In this document: positions 51,101 through 61,436 of the stretch, piece by piece
Position numbering within the stretch: the first letter of the stretch is position 1
How the letters are laid out: every line of letters begins with the position of its first letter
Source of the DNA: Strigamia acuminata
Taxonomy: Eukaryota
NCBI GenBank assembly: GCA_949358305.1
Contig: OX442314.1
Coordinates: 3,658,001 to 3,722,000, forward strand
DNA: 64,000 nucleotides
Direction: 5' to 3'
Notes under the pieces: generated by a model
What the model was told of the DNA's origin: nothing
What the model saw: the letters and a program-made list of their open reading frames with translations, nothing else
Databases searched by the model: none
Position numbers and translations under genes: made by a program

Positions 51101-54100
51101 AAATCCACCGGACACTTACTACGACATGAAAACACATAGTAGTCACATACGTCTTATTTGGAAATTGTGTTTTCACAAACTTCGTTCGTATACGAGGTGT
51201 ATACACGTCGTATACGACTTGTATACGACTTGTAAACGATTCGTTTACGATTACGATCAAAATACGAGCTCGTATACAACGCGTATACGAGCGAGTGGAA
51301 ATCATCGACCATCTCGAATACGACTCGAATTCGATTAGTATTCGATTCGAATACGATTCGAATTCGATTCGAATACGAATACGATCAAAATACGAACTCG
51401 TAACAACTCGAATACGAGATAGTCGATGACCCGTTCCCGGACTTTGACTCGTACGACTCGTATTCGAGATGTATTCGAGATGTATTCGAATCGTATTCGA
51501 GTCGCATTCGAGATGGTCGATGATTTCCACTCGCTCGTATACGCGTTGTATACGAGCTCGTATTTTGATCGTAATCGTAAACGAATCGTTTACAAGTCGT
51601 ATACAAGTCGTATACGACGTGTATACACCTCGTATACGAACGAAGTTTGGAAAATCCACCGGATACTTACTACGACATGAAAACACATAGTAGTCACATA
51701 CGTCTTATTTGGAAATTGTGTTTTCACAAACTTCGTTCGTATACGAGGTGTATACACGTCGTATACGACTTGTATACGACTTGTAAACGATTCGTTTACG
51801 ATTACGATCAAAATACGAGCTCGTATACAACGCGTATACGAGCGAGTGGAAATCATCGACCATCTCGAATACGACTCGAATTCGATTAGTATTCGATTCG
51901 AATACGATTCGAATTCGATTCGAATACGAATACGATCAAAATACGAACTCGTAACAACTCGAATACGAGATAGTCGATGACCCGTTCCCGGACTTTGACT
52001 CGTACGACTCGTATTCGAGATGTATTCGAGATGTATTCGAATCGTATTCGAGTCGCATTCGAGATGGTCGATGATTTCCACTCGCTCGTATACGCGTTGT
52101 ATACGAGCTCGTATTTTGATCGTAATCGTAAACGAATCGTTTACAAGTCGTATACAAGTCGTATACGACGTGTATACACCTCGTATACGAACGAAGTTTG
52201 GAAAATCCACCGGATACTTACTACGACATGAAAACACATAGTAGTCACATACGTCTTATTTGGAAATTGTGTTTTCACAAACTTCGTTCGTATACGAGGT
52301 GTATACACGTCGTATACGACTTGTATACGACTTGTAAACGATTCGTTTACGATTACGATCAAAATACGAGCTCGTATACAACGCGTATACGAGCGAGTGG
52401 AAATCATCGACCATCTCGAATACGACTCGAATTCGATTCGTATTCGATTCGAATACGATTCGAATTCGATTCGAATACGAATACGATCAAAATACGAACT
52501 CGTAACAACTCGAATACAAATCAAAGTCCGGGAAACAAAAATCGACCATCTCGTATACGATTCGAAAGCGAATCGAATACGATTTCGCGTTGAAGAAGGG
52601 CAAAATTCGTACTCGACTCGAAAACGAGTCGAATACGATTTCGCGTTGAAGAAGGGCAAAATTCGCATTCGACTCGAAAACGAGTCGAATACGATTTTGC
52701 GTTGAGAAAGGGCAAAATTCGCATTCGACTCGAAAACGAGTCGAATACGATTTCGCGTTGAAGAAGGGCAAAATTCGCATTCGACTCGAAAACGAGTCGA
52801 ATACGATTTCGCGTTGAAGAAGGGCAAAATTCGCATTCGACTCGAAAACGAGTCGAATACGATTTCGCGTTGAAGAAGGGCAAAATTCGCATTCGACTCG
52901 AAAACGAGTCGAATACGATTTCGCGTTGAAGAAGGGCAAAATTCGCATTCGACTCGAAAACGAGTCGAATACGATTTCGCATTGAAGAAGGGCAAAATTC
53001 GCATTCGACTCGAAAACGAGTCGAATACGATTTCGCGTTGAAGAAGGGCAAAATTCGTACTCGACTCGAAAACGAGTCGAATACGATTTCGCGTTGAAGA
53101 AGGGCAAAATTCGCATTCGACTCGAAAACGAGTCGAATACGATTTCGCGTTGAAGAAGGGCAAAATTCGTATTCGATTCGAAAGCGAATCGAATACAATT
53201 TTGCGTTGAAAAAGGACAAAAATCGTATTCGATTCGCTTTCGAATCGAATACGAGTTTTGTCCTTTTTCAACGCTTGGGAAAAGGACTCGAATGCGCCTC
53301 CACGTTGCAATGCGCATTTGTGTAAACGATGATGGAATCCCCTGCTTAAATACTGGCTATCGCGTCACGTAACAGCAACGTGCCACGTCACGTAATTGCA
53401 ACGTGCCGCGCTATGCCACACAATGTGCCGCCGCGATAGGCCATTGAACCCGAATGTGTGTGATGCAAAACGCGCGAGTACGCGCGCGGAGAACGCGCGG
53501 CAATGCTAGCAACAGGAGCGCAACTGCCCAAGAAATTGCTCAACAATAAAAGGCACGTGGAAGCACGTGCCTGAAACAATAGGCACTTCAAATAAAGTTA
53601 TTGTTAAAAAAACGGGCTTGAAAACCAACAATTACACAATAATTAAGGGGCAAGAAATGAACTTTGCTGCAATGCAAAGTTCTCAAAATACAGAGAAATG
53701 AAAGTTACACTTGTATAAAGAATTGACAATGTTTGAAACCAATAAAAACTACAAAAACACACTTGTAAAAACCCAAAACAACCCCCAGAATAAATTATTT
53801 GACTCAAATTAACCCTAAAACGGTCTTGGAGGTCGTGCAGACGACAGAGTCAGATCGGGAGGTTGCTAAAACCTGACGCCAAAACTAGCAAAGGGACAGC
53901 TAGTTAGAAAACAGCTTTTTCATCAAACATGAACGCTGAAAACCTCACCCAAGGGTAGAAAATGATGGAGAGAACGTTTTCGCCATCTAAAACGGTCTAA
54001 AACGGGTCTAAAATGCCTAAACCGGCGCCTGGAACGTGGCGCAGTTGTTGGGTCAAATATTGTCAAAAATCAGTGGAAATTTGTCAAATATAGGCAAAAA

Positions 54101-54670
54101 TCTGCTGAAATTTGTCAAAAATTGACCAAATTCCATGCAAGTTTTGCAAGTTTTGTGCGCATCAAGCCATGCGCGCCTATACTATTGCACGAGCGCATTG
54201 ACGCGTGATGAAAACCGACCACGTTTACGAAGTGAATTCGAGCTACAAAAGTATCAAATCGCCATTCTAGTATGGAACAAAAAAAATTAAGTGGAAACAA
54301 ACAAAATAAAAACTTTAATATACGAGAAACGTACAATTCCACTCAACTTTGTTTCAAATTTTATTTATTGGATCATTAAAAATAAACAGTAGTGTTGTGC
54401 ACTGTACACTTAAATGTATACCGCAGTACAAGTACCGCGGTCCCGGTACTGCACCGGTACACGTGAAAACGCGAGTTTCTCAAATTTAAAAAGTTGATGT
54501 CGGCGGCGATGCGTTGTTTTGTGGTGAGAATTTGCCTCGAGAATTGATCTTATCTCTTTGTTTGCAATATTTTTTTTGGCATTCTTTGTTGATTTTTCGG
54601 TTTGAATTTGTTTTTTTCCGGTGTAATTTGAGTGGTGGAAGGTTGTTGGGGTGTGTTGAGGGCAATTTTG
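48175..54670. repeat. Foldback palindrome of unit 2 with expanded 56-bp arrays and a core repeated three times at 551-bp period
   Basis: Forward array ~50035-50865, reverse array ~52555-53210. Core spacers at ~51099, 51650 and 52201. Confidence 0.9.
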
Positions 54671-55283
54671 GTTATTTGTTGATTTTTAATTGATTTAATC
54701 GTTTTCTGTTTGTTTTTGCTGGTTTTTAATCGATTTTTCTGTATTTTTGGTCAATTTTTACCAATTGTAATTGTTATTTGTCATTCTGAATTGATTATTG
54801 TCCGATTTTATTCGATTATTGTCAGATTTCAGTCGATTTTTGTCGATTTCTAATCAATGTTTATACATTTCTTATCAAGTTTTGTATATTTTTGTTGATT
54901 TTTAATCATATTTGTTCCTTTTTAATCAAAGTCGAAAACGAGTTGTAAATGCGTTCGTATGCGACGCGAACGCGTATTGGAGTCGATTCCAAGTTCGTAT
55001 TCCATCGCGAACGCGCATTTGAGACGTAAACGAGTTTATCTTTTTCACTCTCGCTTGATCCCCCTTTATCGCGCCTCATTGCTCCTGTGAAAAAAAATAT
55101 ATGAGAATGCACAGAAATGAACCTTCCAATACTTACATGAAAATTGGCAACCTTGACACAAAACAGTCTATCGACACTCCCAACACCACCCCGGACATTT
55201 TTCGGAAGAGTTTGGTCCACCCGGAATCCGCAGAATAGTCTCCCCCGAAATGCGGATTTCGCGGACGCCAATCCGCGAAAAGG

Positions 55284-55864
55284 TTAGAAAGATCTTCCAC
55301 TTCACTTTTTAATCTGTATTCTCTAGCTTTTTGGGCTAGAAATTCCTCATTTTGTCGATTGAGTTCCATATGTTGGAGCTCAACCTCCGCTTTTTGTTGT
55401 TGAAGCTCAGCTTCTTTTCGTTCCATTTCAAATTGTAAATTTGAAATGGCACGATCAGTGTGAAGTCGTATCATGGCGCGATGAATCTCTTCCACCGTCA
55501 TGTCGTCCGTTATTTGGGCGCCATCCTGGCGTGCTTGATTTCTCAAAGCATCCAGCATGGTCATGCGAGGAGGTGATTCGTGAGACGATTCACTTTCCAT
55601 TTCACGTAACGTATTTTCCACTTCCTCCAGTGGAAGTGGCGGGAGTTCTTGTTCGTGAGAACTCGCACTCGATGCGCTCAGGGCTCGAGCAACTTCATTT
55701 TCAGCATCCTTAAGTTGTTTCGGATCTGGAACTGGTGTTATTTCCTTGGAAATAATTTTCTCCACAAGCATTTCAGGCTCGAGAGCCGGCAAAACCGTCG
55801 CTGCTCGTTTCTGAGTGCTTGGTCGACCTCGCTGTCGTTTTACAATTTGCATTGGCGTCGCCAT
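55284..55864 (-). pseudogene. Gag-like gene, N-terminal fragment (194 codons up to the insertion)
   Basis: MATPMQIVKRQRGRP...coiled coil...EVEDLS, continuing in frame at 23027 once the insertion is removed. Confidence 0.7.
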
Positions 55865-56259
55865 TTTGTCAAATTGAAAAAGAACAATGGAAATAAAGGA
55901 TCTTTTTGCAAAAATCGGATTTTAACAATCAAAACAATCCCGGACGGGCCCCCAAGTGCGGCGATCCGGGTTTTTACTTATTAAATTATGTAAATTCAAT
56001 AAGCAATCGTCGGTGAGATGCCGTACAGGACTTCTACTCTGTGGCTAAATGGTTGTCTAGGGGAATGATTTTTACACGGAGAGTAAAAGGAAAAATTAGA
56101 TTGTTTTAATCGTTCTAAATACACTCGATAAATGCAAAGGGAAAATAATAATAATAATGTAATGACTGGGTCGATCTGGCTTCTCTTTGTACTTGGACAC
56201 TCACAGTTCACCGTTGGCTCCAAAATGGCGTCGATGGCGTCGTGTGAGCGCGGGATTTT

Positions 56260-56462
56260 AGCGGAGTAAACTCAACGCTAAAATACGTTGCTAAAATATT
56301 CTAAAATCCTCGCGGAGCAAGCTCAACACGAGAATACGTCTTGCACACAGCGGTTTGATTATTACGGAGCAAGCTCGACGTAACAATCCGTCTTAACACA
56401 AATCGCTTTGTGGAGTTAAACTCGACACAAAGCCTTCAAATTGACAGAGCAAGCTCAATGTC
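56260..56462. repeat. Five spaced GAG(C/T)AA(G/A)CTC(A/G)A motifs in the leader upstream of the gag-like ORF
   Basis: Copies at ~56264, 56315, 56367, 56413 and 56447, 35-50 bp apart. Confidence 0.5.
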
Positions 56463-57029
56463 AATTCACACACAGAAATGGCTTAAATTACGCGTAGTAA
56501 TTCAAGCAGAAGGGCGCTATTCCGTACAGTTGGCACGGACCAGCAATGAATCTCGATTCTTCCAATATCACAGATCACACTTAGCGAGTTTGGGCATAAG
56601 TTTGACACGGTTGTGAAAGGTTTGGAAGCAGGATCAAGAGTGCGGGAAGAGTGGGCCAAAACCGTTTGGCTCACTCCTGAATCTGCTCAGAAAAGCTGCG
56701 CAGATGACGAGTTGCACAAAGATCACACACGGCCGCCTTCGGCTCGTGTGCAACAATTGAGCCGGGCACGCGCGAGGGGAAGGGATGCTCCGCCCAGGCA
56801 CACGCCTAGCAGCATCATCAAAGCAATGCACGCAGCAGCGCGATTGGTTGACGCTGTTGCTGGGCCAAAACTTGCTGCAAAACACAATATTATTTGGGTA
56901 ATATTGTGTCTTGTTTTATATTTTATTAATGTATGTTTTATTTCAATTTACATTGAAACAAAACATATAAGCTTGTTGAATATGTTTATAAGACAATTTG
57001 GAAATATGGTGCGCACTCAAATAGGAATA

Positions 57030-57362
57030 TTTGAGGTCACCACAACCCACACAGGCCAAAAGCGTATTCACTTTTTCCTTGTCGTCGACGATTTTATTGC
57101 AGGAGAAAACGCATTCGATTTGCATTAAATACGTTTCCCAGTCGTCGAGTGGGTTATACTTTTCGGGTGCCGCAACCAAAGGCATTTTCGAGCGGTAAAG
57201 TCGGTAAAAACGAGCAAAAACTTACAGTCAAAGTTCAGGCCTAACGGTCAACGCGTGGTCAAAGACACGTGGTCGGTGGCGAAAAGTTCATCAAAAGATC
57301 CAAAAAAAGCACAAAAGTTCGTAAGTTGCTGGATTCAGTCAAATACTCATCTCTCGTCGCCA
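57030..57362 (-). pseudogene. Truncated Mag-clade-like gypsy gag start with primer-binding site
   Basis: PBS-like TGGCGACGAGAG (57362-57351), then MPLVAAPEKYNPLDDWETYLMQIECVFSCNKIVDDKEKVNTLLACVG, typical of that gag N-terminus. Confidence 0.65.
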
Positions 57363-57367
57363 GTTAA

Positions 57368-58311
57368 TGTGTTCTTTGGTCTCGATGAATTGTTTTAAAG
57401 TTGTAATTATGTGGAAGTTGGTTATGAAGCAGCCATGTTGTAGGTGAAAATTAACATAAGTGATTTATTCAACAGAATTGTACAGGGGGCGCTGCGGAAG
57501 GCAAGCGCGTCATAAAATAACAATAAACAAAATGGAGTTCGGACACTCCAAAGACAGAAATGAAATAAAGCGTGAGCTGGTGAAACTCACGCTAAACAAA
57601 GGAAATATTTTGGGCGCGAGTTTGTCACGTACACCAAAATGGCGAGGCGAACTCGTCGAGACAAATTTCGTCGCTCGTTCGATGGTTTCAACTGTAGACT
57701 CCGGAGGAAAGCTCACGGTGGTCCACAGTTTCTACGATGGTTCACGGGCAAACGTTGGTGCTATGCCAGCAACGATGAGTCTTGGAACAAGTCGGACGAG
57801 ACTCACAATAACCGGTAGTGAGCGGTTTTCTCGGGCGTTACCCGAGATTCGTGTAAGTGCGGGTAACCGACGATGGCGGTTACACGCAAAGCGCAAATGA
57901 GGCTGGTTCCACCGATAATACAGTGGAAACAGCAATAATGAATTTCAACTCACCAAACTAACACTATCAATACTTGAAGATCGGGTTTTGTTCCTATTCG
58001 AAGCAGTGATGTTGTGTTCTTGTTGGTGATGTGGTCGAGAGTGAGTCTGCCGCCAAAATTTGGGGCTTTTATGCACTCTCTGGTCTGGCGCACAAAATAT
58101 GCTCAGAGTGCTGATTCTGGTGCAATACAGGATGTATTACATCATCATCATCACTCTGATGTAATGTTTTGGCCCAAAAGAGGGTAAAGTGTGCCTGGGG
58201 GATTTCCGCTCCCAAGTCACACTTTTGGCGTGTGCCGCATTAAATAAATAATTAGACAATTATTTAAGTGGCGACAATGGTTTTAGGCGACTTAAAACCA
58301 GGGTCACCACA
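57368..58311 (-). mobile_element. Probable LTR
   Basis: The minus strand starts TGTGGTGACCC (same 11 nt as the solo LTR end at 37239), ends CACA five bases before the PBS, and has AATAAA ~100 bp from its 3' end. No partner LTR or TSD seen. Confidence 0.5.
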
Positions 58312-59246
58312 ATTGATACCGAGTTCCAAATCCACAAATGTTACCAATTCACTCCAAATTAATGATCTAATTTATTCTGCAATTTTTGCAGATATTTTTC
58401 AGGTTTGGAATTTCAAATTGGGTTATTTTTTTGGCCATCATAATCCAAAATCCACCATTCTTCCATTGTTCTTTAAACTTTAAACTAACAGGAATAATAA
58501 TGGTTGATTGTCAAGGCATCCCAATCTAATAAGTTTTTTTCTCTTGGCTAAATTTTGTTCTGTTTAATCGGCTTAATTAACTTATTAATTAGCTTTTTTT
58601 AATTTTAATTCCGATTTTTTAAAACTAACTCTTGATCGTTGAGTGTGCCTCTTCATTTATTCTATTAAAGACTATGCAGGCAATGCCTACTACAAGGGGC
58701 ACCAGTAGTACATCACATAAATCAGTTACCAGTATGTTAAAATACCAGTTTTAACGGCTACAGGTATTAACCCTTGTTGGATGAAATATTTGACATTTAA
58801 TCTGACAATTTACATTCAAAAAGAAAATTAAGAATAAATGCATATAATGCAATAGCATTTTTATCTCGTCTTCATACACAAAGTCATTTTTCTAGTGTAG
58901 TCCTACCTGGATCTCTTTTTGGATACCGAAACTAGATGTTTTAGCAGTGCTTAGCTGTAAAACAAAGAAGAAGAAAAGGATCGTTACAGGAAAACAATTT
59001 TCCTAAAAAATCCATCACAAACTATTTTGAAATGTCAACAACAGCTCTATTGTTTCATTGCTCAACTCAATATCCACAAAGAGCAGGTGCTAGGCTATTT
59101 GTAATTCATTTACAAAATTAAGCCACACTTTAATTGGCAAATACAATGTGTATATAAACACCACACAACACTAGACAAAACACCACAAATTTGCCAAGCT
59201 GCCACAATCGTTTCTCTGTGTTTATTGCCCGTCACTACATAGCAGA

Positions 59247-60120
59247 ATGTTCAACTTCTATTGTCATTTCATTCTCATCTTGACCGTTATTTATACAACC
59301 GCTGCAACTGATGAAGATGTAAGTTAATTTTACACAATTAATTTACTAATTTATAGTTTTATTTACTTATTTATTTATTATCAAGACTTGTGATGTGACA
59401 GAAAAGACTAAGGAGGTGATTTGCAAAGTTTTGGAAAAGAGATTCACTCAAGACGATGGCAAAGTATTCATTAAAAATTTCAAAACACAAATATTGCAGT
59501 AAGTCAAGTATAAATTTGTTTTTAAAAATTTTATACAGCTCAGCAAGTATGTCTGTGGCTGTGTAGAAGGCATCATAAAATCGAAAGTAAATCCCAAAGC
59601 CAAAAAAACAAAACTTAATCGTAATTACGACTTCTATTTTCTATATTTCAGCCCGACCTTTGCGATACGAAAAGTTATGATTATTCAGCAGCACCCAAGT
59701 GTGGAAAATTTTTCAAATCGGTATGTTGGAGTTAAAAGCACCTTTAATGAAATTTTTATTACAAGTATTTCTATTGGCAACTATTGTTTGAATTTACCGT
59801 GTCTAGAAAGAGTTTAAAGAAGTTAACAGCAACAGAAGCATGCTCGTCGATTATTTTGTTGACGTTATGTTCAAAAAGAGCTTTAAAGTTTGTACCGAAA
59901 GCGAGGACAAAGTGGTTGAACAAGCAGTTTCACTTTACCAGCCTGGATTAGCTTCAGACACTTTAAGTAAACGAGAAATATCTCTATTCGTCGTTGTTAA
60001 CTCATCACTTTTTATTTCATTCTAGGTTACTTGGTTGAAAAGTCATTTAAACCTAAACAGGTAGAATTATATCTGGACTGTTACCATCAACTGATGGAAT
60101 TGGATGCCGGAGCTGAATAG
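59247..60120 (+). CDS. Secreted cysteine-rich protein (173 aa); exons 59247-59318, 59386-59463, 59539-59586, 59652-59720, 59807-59966, 60026-60120
   Basis: Signal-peptide-like MFNFYCHFILILTVIYTTAA. Five 59-86-nt GT-AG introns keep the frame to TAG. TATA box at ~59151 and AATAAA at ~60187. Confidence 0.8.
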
Positions 60121-61029
60121 TAGACTTTGTTTGATTAAAATTCTTGGTATTTTGTGTGTGAATTTGTGTGCGGAAAGTGAATCAAGAATAAATTGAATAC
60201 AAAAAGAATTTTATTTGTTATATAAATTAATTTCCAAAACAATTTCAAATGGCGACAACAACTCTATAAACTTAAATCTCACTACGTGCAAGGGTTGTAT
60301 TATTTTTAACTCGCTTACGACATTAATTCATAGATTCATTGCCAAATTTAATGCATATACAGTATAAACATCTTACTCTAACAGAGGGATGCTGTATGGT
60401 TGCAATCAATTTTTTAAAAAAGTGTGTGTGGTTAGTTTTATTAAGGATTTAATTAAGAAATGGCAAGTTAAAAATTTTGTGATATTGTAATGTGTGGATT
60501 TGCCACTAGATGGAATGTAACAGGTGCTCGAGAGGGCATTCTGGATTAGTACGCAATGGAATTTCTCTGGATTCGTGTATGCTTTTGTTTTGTGGTGATC
60601 TCAAAGTGTTATCACCATTTAGGAAGTAAATTTATTTATTTCCGAAATTAATTTGACTTGGCACACGCCAAGTCAGATCATGAGACCAAGGGGAAGTAAA
60701 CTTCCCTAGGCACATCTCACCCCAGGTTGTCCGGGGTTAAACGGTAATTAACCGTTATGGTGCAACAAATCCTTTGTTGCACCAGATTACACTAATTGCG
60801 CATCTGTGCAATTTCGAAGAGTGCCCGGCTCACGTCAACGCTTCAAACGGGACTCTTGAATCTAAATCTAAACATACAACACACTTTGTCATTGCTCTGT
60901 AAAATACGAGTACTGACCGTGTTAGTTTGATTAGATTCGAGACATCCTGCTTGCATAGTACTAATTCAATGGTGTTCTACAACTTTGTAATTGGAAATTT
61001 TGCTGTATCTTGAACGGTTTAAAAGTTAA

Positions 61030-61187
61030 GAAGTGAATGACCTTGAAGATGATCTTCCAGGTCAAATTTAAGGTGACCAGTGGATAGCCCACCATCGACT
61101 TCCTATATGCCTACATCAATAGAATCGATATATCTTCGGTCATTTTCAAGAAAAAAAAGTGTTTCCAGACTTTTGACTCACCCTGTA
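61030..61187 (-). mobile_element. Tc1/mariner-like MITE end relic
   Basis: The minus strand reads TA|CAGGGTGAGTCAAAAGT, with an internal TGACC..GGTCA palindrome. No partner TIR found. Confidence 0.4.
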
Positions 61188-61436
61188 AGCTTGTATTTAC
61201 GTATATCATTGTATAATCCTGTTAATAAATACATTGTGTTTCTTTCGTATAATAACCGTATTTTTATTCCTAAAATTACCCCTAGACATCTCAGGCCGCA
61301 TTCGATTTAACTCAAAGTCTCTTGTAGCATTCACCTGCGGTAACTTGTTTAATTTAGTAGAAATTATTCAAGTAAAACCCGGATCGCAGCAGTTTAATGC
61401 GGAAAATTACAAATTTGACACAATAAGAAAAAAAAA

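Larger units (their letters stand above)
23032..55283 (+). mobile_element. 32,252-bp non-autonomous compound piggyBac-like element with TTAG target-site duplication
   Basis: TTAG(23028-31)|CCTTATGG ... GCGAAAAGG|TTAG(55284-87). Removal restores the reading frame VEDLS-K-MNTR. CC..GG termini and a 4-bp TTAA-like target are piggyBac hallmarks. Confidence 0.88.
41073..55283 (+). mobile_element. Unit 2 (14,211 bp), preceded by TTAA
   Basis: TTAA(41069-72)|CCTTATGG. Near-identical to unit 1 but lacks the solo LTR and ~1.7 kb of arm repeat, and has an expanded palindrome core. Confidence 0.85.

Noticed and set aside
37980..53275. 56-bp palindromic repeats as a CRISPR array
   Set aside because: The units abut with no unique spacers, there are no cas genes, and the context is eukaryotic.
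31981..53317. Long ORFs (up to 389 aa) such as 39625..40740 and 52141..53310
   Set aside because: Open in several frames only because the tandem repeat lacks stops; the translations are periodic artefacts.
23032..55283. 18-kb-offset duplication as a pure assembly artefact
   Set aside because: Distinct junctions, a unit-specific solo LTR, SNPs and the outer TSD argue it is real, though read support was not checkable.
23032..55283. Autonomous transposase within the element
   Set aside because: No ORF with DDD/DDE features or plausible length was found in the units.
60480..60890. Possible solo LTR (GGCACACGCCAA..CCTAGGCACA similar to inverted 58190-58237)
   Set aside because: Only a short similarity; boundaries and TSD could not be defined.
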